Positions 53,201 through 63,148 of a stretch of DNA of 63,148 nt are shown piece by piece. Each line of letters starts with the position of its first letter. Within the stretch, counting starts at the first letter, position 1. The DNA is from Hydrolagus affinis (taxonomy: Eukaryota), in the NCBI GenBank assembly GCA_012026655.1, contig JAAILG010001685.1:1-63148 (forward strand), read 5' to 3'. The notes beneath the pieces were generated by a model that ran no database searches, was not told the origin of the DNA, and saw only the letters and a program-made list of their open reading frames with translations. The position numbers and the translations under genes are program-made.

Positions 53201-56200
53201 CTTTGGAAAGATCTAAAAGCAGAACAGTCTGTGCTCAATAGCCAACACTGTGGTAAGGAGTTTTCAGTATGTTAACTTGACAGCATCAGATTCTGAATAC
53301 AATTTGTACTATAGTACTTGGCCATCTGCGTATGCATATGCTTGCTTATAAGTACTGTATTTTTCCAGATAAAATTCGTAAAATTTTATTTGTCAATTGA
53401 TATGTAATGCAACTAATTGTGAATGTATACATGTAGCTTTATACAATAAGAATATATTTTAAGTATAGCTGCCATATAGAACTAGTATATTGATGTATAC
53501 TCATTTGTTCGTCACACACTGAGTAGGCCATCTCCAATCAATCTGTGGAGTCAAGAAATTTTCCTAAACAGAGGCACAATTGGCAGACAATTCACTGGAG
53601 CATGGCAGAGATTTGGGAGCTACTCACAAACATGTTCTCATGTTTTGGAGGTGGTGTATAGTACCAAGGAAACCAAAGAGAAGATAATTTATTATTTTTC
53701 AGTTTAGGACATCAAACTCAGGCTGTGAATCCCATGATATTTCCAATTAGACATCAATATCACTCGGATACAAGGAACAGTAGGGGGTTCTGACTAGACC
53801 CCTACTTATTTTGACCTAACTACCCAAATAACTTCTCAGCTTCCTACCCTTCAGCCAGTTTGGAATCCATGACCATGCCTTTCCCTTGATACTGCACTCA
53901 GTGTCACAAGTTTCTAAAGGAGTTTTTCTTGTGCTACTTTGTTGAACGTTTTGGAAATCTAGGTACACTACTAATATTGGACTCTGTATAAGTATGAATG
54001 TTCCTGAGGTTTTCTACTTTAGCAAGAAAGGAGACTGTTCAGGAGGATAAATCATGATTTGATCTAATTGTTTAAAAAGGAGATCTTCATTTACTCCACA
54101 AAGATTTTTTTCTCAACAAAGAATGTCTTGTGTTGTATCAATTTTAGGTGCGTGCGTAGAACAAAAATTTAACTAGCTAAGACACATGTGCTTTTCCAAA
54201 TGTTTTAGTAGCTTATTTCAAGCATAATTAACCCTACAAGAATTTGGGGGTATATAATGGTGTATAATCATTAACATTTTTGTAAGCATAGAGAAAATGA
54301 AGTTGAAAACAATTTTGAAAAACATTTTGGTTGATTAAACATATAAGATTAGTGTTTGCTTGTAGAAAATTTGAATTGGATGTTAAGGTATCAGTGATTA
54401 AAAAATATCAGAACATTGTTTAAGTGGTACAGTTTGCTGTGTTCAATTTTTGAAACTTCGGTCAAAGTTATTTCTTTCTTTTCATTTATTCCCTAAAGGT
54501 TACCCTGAATTTGCGACCTATTTCATCTGTAGATTACCATCAAAAGCCTTTGGTATTTGTCCTCAACTCTCCAAGAACAGTGATGTGGGTGATCAAGGCA
54601 GAGAGGCTGGCACCAGGAATAAAGCGACTCTTTCATGTAAGTTGATTTACTTCTTCTCAACATGTATAGTACAGCATATTTATTGCTGTAGGAAAAAGTT
54701 GTGAATACTGCCGGTTGTTATTGTTGTTTGTACTTGGAAAAAGTTTGGGTTTGTGATGAATTCTGGATAATCGATTTGGAAATGATAAATTCAAGGTTAT
54801 ACATCCCTTAATCATTCAGGCAGTATATCCAAAGGTTTGGCAGGGAACCACACATATAAAAGACTCACTTGGGAAAACAATTTCAAAATATCTAAGATAG
54901 TAAATATATTGTACTAGCAAATGATGCTGCCCTAGCCTCTTTCACCCATCCCAAAAATGGTTTATATAATGTCTGTCTACATTAGCTGCATACCTGTGTC
55001 TGAAGGGATTGCAGCTGAAGCCCTACCTAGAAAACATGAGAACATACTCAGTAGAAGCAGCCAGAGAGCTGCAGAACCAGCATGTCCCCTCCCCTTTGAG
55101 ACTATTGCATCTTTTGGTAAATAGAGAAGAATTCAAAATGAAGATTTTGTCAGTATATCACCTACATAGGAGTCGGGTTCCAGACAGTTTCAGAACTGTT
55201 TTTCATGCCAGAGAAATGCTTCCTGGACACTCAGAAACAGCTGGCATATTTATCATCGTACTACAGGATTACAGCCAAGTCTTATCTCAGGCTCTAGGCT
55301 GATTGCAGCAGCTATGTTTGTTGCCCATCTGGCAAATTATTTCTAAAGTTCAATTTAATATTTAGACACAGTTATTACCCTGTTCCAGTGCAAGTGAGTT
55401 GGAGATTTTATCTGTTTCAGTGGCACTGGACAATTCAAGCACTCAAGGTCTTAAAATCACAGTTAATTTACCCTATTGTGTTCTTTAGAAAGCTGCCCTT
55501 TCAGTTTTCAGCAGTCACACATGTTGCTTGTTGGTATCAGGATAGATGCTTTATCACAAGAGAGATTCGGGTGAATTCTTCCAGAATCTTCATCTTATTA
55601 TCTGCTTATAAGAGCATCAAGTTGTTTGTGTTAAATAATTTTCCCATTGTCTGAAAGATACACATGATGATGCAATTGGAAGATCACTGTGCTGCACTGT
55701 GAATTGATAAATTACAGATACAATTCTGTTTATAGAGTACATATTCTTCAACATATTACTACGGAGAGGTAACACATGGAGGCCAAAAACAACAATTTGA
55801 TTTATATAGCAATTATAGACCATTGAATTTTTCCACGCAAACTGTGATTGGGGCCAAGGTGGGTGTGGGGTGGGAAGACCATTGAAAGCACAGTGAAAGA
55901 GGAAGGTATTGAGATGGACCTTGAAAGAGGCGAGGGAAGGGGTGAGGCAAAGAAACTCTGGGTTGGTGTTCCAGAGAGCAGAGGCTGAAGGCCTTACCGA
56001 CGATGGGGAGATGTGAAGCAGGCATTCAGCATTGAATCAACCCTGGGCCATTCTTGTGGACCTTTTTGCTCTCAGTTCAGAGGCAAAATTGGCAAATGTG
56101 TGGGAAAGTATTGCCATCTGTTCTCTTGATAGCAGTTCTTAGAAAGCAGTCAATATACATGGAAATTTTACTGCATTTAATGAATGATAACATTCAGTAA

Positions 56201-59200
56201 ATAATTAACAACCTTCTATCAAATTTTTTTTTATGGATTACAAATTTTTGCCAGATATTCAAGATTTGATACCCAAATGATTTCCATCTAAATACAGTAA
56301 ACCTCCAGTTACCAGACTCTGGATATCCAGAATTCATACCTAAACAGACTGGGCTCAAACCCCCAATTTTTTTTTAAAAAAATTCCAATGCGCAGCCTCA
56401 ACATCCTTTGCTGGCCTTCACAGTGATCAGGGATAGCAACTTTGATTTGAATTTGAATTCTGTGAATTTGAGTTTCAAATTAATAATATATACATATATA
56501 TAAACGGTCTGATATTTCTTTGTTCTACTGCTTGCACACATGGCTGACTTGAGGAAAACACGTGACCAATCACCACCTATAACACTTTATTAACTTTGGA
56601 ATGTAATAACATTGTGACCTGCTTTACCCTCTCCCATGCTGTACGTGACAGAATCATGTATTGGAGCAGCAATTTCTGAATTCTCTCCAGGTTCAATGAT
56701 CTCTGCTCTGCATGCACTGATTTTGGGGTTCGATTGTGAGGCTTGCACTTGCTTTATATTTCTTTGAGGTTCATTTGTAGTTTTAATATTTGGTGTTACA
56801 TTTGGAAAATTAGAATAAGACAACTGAATTCTAAAGAAGTTAACTGAAAAAAAAACTTTTGGTATGCAACAGTTAGATTTACTGATTTACAGAAAGATTA
56901 CGGTCTGGACTCTCCAGAAGATCATATGAGAATCCGCTCCTAACTATCCTCTTAACTGATAATTAATTGAAAGCTCCAAAACTCAACTAAAGTTAAGCCA
57001 GTGTAGCTATGACATTAAGTAGAACAGTATTGTCAGTATTGATTGACTAAATCACAGATATTTCATGGTCCAGCAATTCTATGTTTATTGCCCATGTGAT
57101 AATGTAAAATCTTAACTTTGATTTATTTGTTTTACATTGTACTATGCTGAACCTTGCACTTATTTTTTTTTATTGCTCTCACACTAACAGACAGATTTCG
57201 TAACGATAGTATCCAAAAGTTGAACAGATGGTTGTCTCCACTTTCCCACTTTTTGGCAATAATGAAGAGAGTGTTGGACTCCATTCCATCTGCGTTAGAT
57301 TTAAACTGTATATTTCAGTAAAAGACATAAAATAGTGGACTGTGTGCAAAAAAGGAATCTGGAAGGGGGGATTCAAGTTGCATAATGCATGGAGTAACTG
57401 GGCATAGTGAAGCACTTGTTAAAATAATAGTAAATGTAGACAAAATAAATCCTGTTGAGAAATTTCTTCTCAATCATCCGCAAGCCAGATTGCTGTTTTC
57501 CTCAGATAACCAGATTGTCAAAAGTAGCAAGGGAAAAGAAGGATTTCAAGCAGACTGTGTCTAGACCACATGTAGGTGCATTAAAACGTAGTTTGTTGGA
57601 CACGTGTTGTTTATCACTAGGACATGAAACGTACTGGAATTATTCCAGTAAGGCCAGTTGCTGTGGTCCAGGATCTTGCTGCCAATTTTTAATCAATGCT
57701 GGATTTTGGTGTCAGTAATAGTTGTATTCCACTCATTCACTATTGTACAGTTGTTTATATTTCTGGACTGCTTTCACATTTGCATTAGTGATTTTATTTT
57801 AATAGATTCAGCCAAACCCTATGTGTACATGTGCTAGATGAATGTAAAGGGAGACATTGTGCTGGATAAGCCTCACTCTTTTAGAAAATAGTGCATCTAA
57901 TCTATACTATGTAGTTGACAAGATGCTTCTCAGAAAACTGATCTCGTGTCGCTGGAAAAATTCCTTTAAGGCATAAACTGCATCTTCTGCAAGTCTGCAA
58001 GGTAAAAACTATCCTTGCCTGAACTTCAAAGTTGAGGTCTTGCAAGTCAGTGTGATTCACATTTGATTCCTTGCTGGAGAAATCAAAAGCTTTTCTGGTA
58101 ATTGAGGGACCAGTACACAATACACAACACAGTTAACTAATGAGTACTTTGTAGGGTCTGGCGATATATCGATATATCGGTTATATCCGATATAATTTTC
58201 ATATCGATATGCCGATATTGGAATTTAAAATATATTGATATATCGCAAATATCGATATATCGTGTCCGGCGATATATCAATATATATCGGTATAATGCGG
58301 ACTTTTTCAACTTACCTTGTCGATATCTGAATGCGCGCGCACACCGGAATGCGCGCGCATGCGCAGGACAAAACCCCCCCCGCGATATCGATTTATATCG
58401 ATATATCGGTATATATCAATATATTGGCGATATCGATATATCGGTGTATATATCGATATGGGCAAACCGATATATCGATATCGGAAAATTTCCATATCAA
58501 CGGACCCTAGTACTTTGTCAACCTCAATAATAAGACATGGTAGTGCTAGATTAACAGCTTGGAAAAGTGCTTCATTTTCTGCCTTTGTTATCTTACTTAT
58601 TGATGAAAAATTCAATAGGAAAATAACCAGATTATTTTAAAAGTTGAAATCTCAATTTGTGACAAGCCTTAAAGTTCAACGGTTACTAGAATTAATTTCA
58701 TATCAGATTAATATTTTTATCACATAGATTTAGAATATTGAATATTTACTGTCAATTACTATAAAGATAAATAAATGCAGCATTGTGATTTTATATATTG
58801 AAATTTTTTTCCTCACTTACTATCTCACAAAACCACACAAACTGAACCTGGGTTAGCAACTGTTTCACTTTTTTTTCTCCTTCCCTCAGGTATCAAAAAA
58901 TTCAAGTATTCACTTTCCAACAAGAAACTTTACTATGTCAACTCCATTGAAGGAGGAAGTTCTGCCCCAAGGCAGCAAACATCTGCTACAATGGACCTTG
59001 AAAAAATATGGATCAGTGACCTCATTCACTGAACTAAACAAGGCTAATAACATCTACATCAAAGTGGGTGAAGGTGGGTAAAAAAGCAGCTGTGCAATGA
59101 AGAATGTATTGAGTGCTTCAAGCTTTCAGTAAACTGGACTTTATGTCAGATATAAATTATCTCTTTTTTTCCTCAGATCCCTTGTTGCCACCAACGTGCA

Positions 59201-59345
59201 TCATAGAGAAGAATTTTTTGTCACAGAATTATCTTGCGGCATATCTTCAGACACAATTGGCAGATGGTTGTGTGCTATCCAATCCAGGAGAAGAAAAGGA
59301 AATTCATGTTGTTCAACTTGAATCTCCCACCTCTAGTCCTTACAG
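35164..59345 (+). CDS. TGFBR3: TGF-beta receptor type 3 (betaglycan), multi-exon, 3'-partial (signal peptide and orphan domain)
   Basis: Five exons join in frame; peptides resemble betaglycan (SHPVKALLESFTVSSGCAS, VTLNLRPISS...LNSP, YGSVTSFTEL...NIYIKVGED, KNFLSQNYLA). Confidence 0.95.
39010..39310 (-). mobile_element. SINE family A with probable TSD atcttt
   Basis: Full reverse copy; atcttt at 39004-39009 and 39311-39316. Confidence 0.85.
42108..42472 (+). mobile_element. L2-type LINE 3' fragment
   Basis: Reverse-homologous to 33072-33440. Confidence 0.78.
42476..42672 (+). mobile_element. CR1-type LINE 3' end
   Basis: gatgggccgaatggcctcc hairpin followed by (attctatgat)n terminal repeat. 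Confidence 0.8.
42804..42930 (-). mobile_element. SINE family A 3' fragment carrying a CAGTA insertion
   Basis: Tail homology to other copies. Confidence 0.75.
46076..46296 (+). CDS. TGFBR3: TGFBR3 exon (PLPESDCVLAPVSESHPV...); two in-frame donors, 46257 or 46296
   Basis: Acceptor tgcag|GT; donors AAA|gtaaga and GAG|gtaagg. Confidence 0.9.
54499..54636 (+). CDS. TGFBR3: TGFBR3 exon (VTLNLRPISSVDYHQKPLVFVLNSPRTVMWVIKAERLAPGIKRLFH)
   Basis: 138 nt, aag|GTT and CAT|gtaagt; this frame is absent from the ORF track. Confidence 0.93.
55789..56025 (-). mobile_element. Degenerate L2 3' fragment
   Basis: aacaacaatttgatttatatagc tail and purine-rich body similar to other L2 copies. Confidence 0.55.
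58152..58509. mobile_element. hAT-superfamily MITE, 358 bp
   Basis: TIRs tagggtc.../...gacccta; perfect 8-bp TSD gtactttg (58144-58151 and 58510-58517); many palindromic CGATAT/ATATCG subterminal repeats. Confidence 0.9.
58890..59073 (+). CDS. TGFBR3: TGFBR3 exon (VSKNSSIHF...NIYIKVGE)
   Basis: 184 nt, ccctcag|GTA and AAG|gtgggt. Confidence 0.94.
59177..59345 (+). CDS. TGFBR3: TGFBR3 exon (DPLLPPTCIIEKNFLSQNYLAAYLQ...SPTSSPYS)
   Basis: 169 nt, cctcag|AT and AG|gtacca. Confidence 0.94.
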
Positions 59346-60035
59346 GTACCATAACAAATTTGTTGCTTTTCCAATTGTTCATCAAACTATATGGAACGCC
59401 ATTTGATTCCCGTTTAAAATTTCATCACATAATCACGGACAAGGTGTGGTTCAGGTAGCTGGCAATGTTGCGTAAACCTAGAAATTTAGCCACCAAAAAA
59501 CTTTGTTTAATTATTTTTCTATTAATCCTTTAAATGCAAAATTATTTTAAAATTGAAATGAAATATTGCAACTTATTGTGTCATCACTTAAACATATTTG
59601 TAAAATCACTTAACATTTTTGGCACGTCTTAAACCAGGTTTTGTAAACTATGTGCGTCTAGTCTTGGTTAAATTTTTATTAGTTGGACAGAACCAACATA
59701 CTATAGTCCCAGACAACTCTCGAGTGACCATTATTTAACAGGGAAGCTATGTTTTGTATTGCCCAATTCTTGGAATTATACAGTCAACTTCAGTATATAG
59801 TGCATGATGCAGATAACATTATTGTTTCCATTTAAGACAAAATAATTTTCTTAAACATTTAGAATTTAACACCCTCGGACCAAAAATCCTCTTTCCAGCT
59901 TAGTTTTAATTTTATAAAAATTGTATCAAAGATAAATTTACATGTAAAATTCATTTTCATGGAAGATTATATGGATAATTGCTCATAAAATACTGATCAT
60001 GCAAGTTCTGAAAAGCCTTAAAGCTTCTGAAAGTT

Positions 60036-60346
60036 TATAATAAAATAATCCTTGCATTTGATATAATGCTTTTCACACCTTCTAGATGTCTCAAAATGCT
60101 TTACAGAAAATACTGTAAAGTGAATTGACTATATATTTGTGGCCGAAACGCGGCAAACAATTGTACACAGCAGTGCCCCACAAACAGTCGTAGATTGAGT
60201 GACCAAATTATTATTGTTCTTTTTTAAGGGATTATTATTAGGTATGTGGAATAAGGAAACTTGTGTAAGGTTTTTCCTTGCCTGGAATCGAACCCAGGTG
60301 TTTCGCTTGCAAGGCGAGTGCTCTAACCACTGAGCTACAGGACTAC
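60036..60346 (-). mobile_element. SINE family A
   Basis: Full reverse copy with tRNA head. Confidence 0.87.
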
Positions 60347-61374
60347 TATTTTGTCTAAATTGAAGTATACTTATCATATTCATGAATTGTGTATTTAAAA
60401 TAAAAGCACAAGTCCTACTAAAATAAAAGGTTAATTTAGAGATAGACATATTCTCAGTTCATTTATAATTCTATTCTTCAAGCATGCTGTCTGGGTCATC
60501 AACAAATGTTCCTTCTATATAAGTGTCACCACTCATCTATATGCATGTTAGTAGCATTGAAATAGGGATTGGGAAAGTAAGCCTAAAACAAATGCTTTCA
60601 GATATGCCGAAGGCAGTATGGTAAGTAATTTATGAAGCCCAGGTTGAGAACAGATCTTAGCAAGTATTTCTCTGTTCATAGGGTAATCAACAGCTGGAGT
60701 GGGTTATTAGGAAACTTAGTTGAAACTATTGATAAGCGATAGTGAAAAGGAGCAAAGCACTTTTGTTTGTGATCAAATTCCATCTTGACAAAATCCGTCC
60801 CTTCAACAACCATGAGCAAAAATGTGTAGTTATTTTATTTAAATTGTTGTGAATTATTTGAATATATATGGAGTAGTAGCCTATTTTGCACATGCACCAT
60901 AGTCTGGGCTTAAATCCAACTTGTTAATCATCTGGCCAGACACTAAAGACACGTTCAGCTGGAAGAAGTTCAGGTTTAGTAAATGTTTCTGGCATAAACT
61001 TTACTTTGCCTTAAATTGTTCCACAGCAGGGTTTTCAAGATGGACATAATTGTTGACATACGACCATTGGAAACAGCCTCCAGTCTTCACAAAAATATTT
61101 TGCTTGTCCTCAAATGTGAGAAGGCCGTCAATTGGGTAATCAACTCACGTGACATTTATGGAAAGCTGGAAGTAGTAGTAAGTATTTGAACTTTAAATGT
61201 TGCAGAATGATGACTTCAAATTACAGACCAAGCTAAAAATAACAAATAACTTGCATATAGTACCCTTTAGGGAGGAAAACATCGCGAAGCACTTCAGAGA
61301 TGATGTTGGATGCCAAGTATTGGAGGATAGGGGAAAGTGATCATAGACAGAAGACTTAGGTTTTTACTTTCAAT

Positions 61375-61765
61375 TTAAAATCCTTACATTTGATATAGCC
61401 TTTTGTTATCGAGACATTTCAGTATTTTACTATAAAGTGCAGCAACAAAAATTTACATATTTGTAGGTAAATGTGGCAGCCAATTTGCACACAGCAGTGC
61501 CCCATAAACAGCCATGAAGTGAACGACAATGTTATCTGGTGAATATCTGTAGAAACTCGCTTCTGTTTTTAAAATAGTGCCAATGGAATGTTTATGTCCT
61601 TCGGAACAAGCAGATGGGACCTTGGTTTAACATCTCATCTAAAAGATGGTACCTCAAAAAAATGCAGCACTGACCCAGTATTGGAGTACCAGCCTAGATT
61701 GTGTGCTCCAAGTTCAGACGCGGGACTTGAAACCACAACTTTGACTAGGAGTGCTACCAACAAAC
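61375..61765 (-). mobile_element. Old Deu-domain SINE, reverse
   Basis: ggtttaacatctcatct...cagcactg...cagcctagattgtgtgctccaagt...gggacttgaa is reverse-homologous to 24620-25025. Confidence 0.65.
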
Positions 61766-61801
61766 CATGCTGCAGATAGAGGCGAGCAGGACAGAAGAGT
61801 A

Positions 61802-62137
61802 GGAGCTCCTATGGCCTAGTGATTAGAGCACTTGTCTTGCAAGCTGGGGAGACCAAGCTGAGGAGACCTGTGTTCGAATCAGGGCAGGGTAGGGTGAAAC
61901 CTTGGGCAAGTTTCCTTACTCCACACGCCTAATAATAATCCATCCAAAAAATCACAATAATAAAATTGGTCATTTTAATCCACGACTGTGTGGGACACTG
62001 CTGTGCGCAATTGGCTGCCGCGATTCGCCCACAAATAAATACAGTCAATTCACTTTACAGTATATTCTGTGAAGTGCTTTGGGACGTTGATAAGATGTGA
62101 AAAGTGCTATACCAAATGCAAGGATTATTATTATTAT
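61802..62137 (+). mobile_element. SINE family A with TSD aagagta(g)
   Basis: aagagtag at 61795-61802 and 62138-62145. Confidence 0.9.
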
Positions 62138-62372
62138 AAGAGTAGAGGGAGAGAGATCCAGAGCTGTCAGTTGTAGCTAAGCAATCAGTTACCATGCCCT
62201 GAATGTGTCGAACTGCCATCCTCCACCCCTATCTCATCTGTTCTTAAATCCCACCCAAAAATCTACCTCTTTGACCGTGACTAGGGTCAGCTCTCCTGTT
62301 CCCCCTCGCTTCTGCCTTTCTCAGCAACATATCCTGTCTTTGTGAAGTGCTCCTAGTTGAATTAGCCTACAT

Positions 62373-62410
62373 ATTTATGAAAGTTTGTTGTATAACAAAC
62401 TTTCATAAAT
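62373..62410. repeat. Perfect 17-bp inverted repeat with 4-nt loop
   Basis: atttatgaaagtttgtt-gtat-aacaaactttcataaat. Confidence 0.9.
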
Positions 62411-62976
62411 GTATAAAATATTTATAAAATAATCTTTAAAAATATAATCTTCCAAACAGTTTTAAAAACAAAAATAGATGTATTAAAAAAATCTACTTTT
62501 GACCAGCAAAATACAATTTGCTATCTTTTCTGTGACATTCAAGAGTTACTTGAAAGAAACTGAGTAATATTTGAGTGATGATGTACTTCAAACCACAAAT
62601 TAAGTTAATTCTTGCAAAAGTGTGGTATTTTTCACAACATCAAACTGAATTATTGAAGAGTGTAACGTGAAACCTGGAGTACAGTGCTGGCAATGTATAT
62701 TGGTTCCCTTGGGCTTTTGAGTTCTACATTTTCATAAGCTCTTCATAAAAACTACAGCTTATCTAGGTTTGCTCTCAGGGGTAAAGTTAATGCTTTTCTT
62801 GTTGATACTTGTTTCCATCCTTTTCTTAGGTTTGTTATTTTATCTGAAGCTAGGGGCCTCTTTCAGATTTGGGAAAGTTGTGGAACCCCATGCTACAAAA
62901 GATAAAAAGAAAGTTTCCATGTTGAATAAGTTCCAGCAGTTATGGGATACCCTAAATTATTATTAATACTTTGATG

Positions 62977-63148
62977 TGGAGCTCCTGTGGCTCAGTGGTT
63001 AGAGCACTTGCCTTGCAAGCTGGGGAGACCAAGCTGGGGAGACCTGTGTTCGAATCCAGGCAGGTCAGGGCGAAACCTTGGGCAAGTTTCCTTACTCCAC
63101 ACGCCTAATAATAATCCCTCCAAAAAAAAAACACAATAATAAAATTGG
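62977..63148 (+). mobile_element. SINE family A, cut by window end
   Basis: tRNA head tggctcagtggttagagc...gttcgaatcc. Confidence 0.88.

Noticed and set aside
58152-58509. CRISPR-like array or coding ORFs in the CGATAT repeats
   Set aside because: No repeat-spacer periodicity; TIRs and an 8-bp TSD identify a hAT MITE in a vertebrate intron.
62977-63060. tRNA-Ala genes at SINE heads (also 31277, 31759, 60290, 61802)
   Set aside because: Each continues into a common SINE body and tail, and the cloverleaf is degenerate.

Overview
AT-rich vertebrate genomic DNA, most likely a cartilaginous fish (chimaera/shark-like; inferred from Deu-type and tRNA-derived SINEs, L2/CR1 tails and compact introns). 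Two genes lie head-to-head. On the minus strand is the BET-family gene BRDT: 18 coding exons traced from ATG 16972 down to 994 (about 1091 codons; BD1, BD2, motif B, ET, SEED, P/Q-rich region), with the last C-terminal-motif exon(s) beyond the window start. On the plus strand is TGFBR3/betaglycan: promoter about 29.8 kb, non-coding exon 1 and five coding exons from 35164 to 59345, continuing beyond the window end. Introns hold many SINEs, L2/CR1 fragments, two Tigger-like MITEs and a palindromic hAT MITE with an 8-bp TSD. Most notable: (1) this BRDT keeps BRD4-like P/Q-rich exons that human BRDT lacks; (2) signals for a short, CTM-less BRDT isoform; (3) a 39-nt tandem duplication giving two in-frame splice donors in TGFBR3; (4) a hAT MITE family carrying an NRF1 palindrome plus a splice donor; (5) a Tc1/mariner excision footprint inside a SINE. 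I found no wholly new biological system. All calls come from reading the sequence and from recalled protein sequences; no searches were run.
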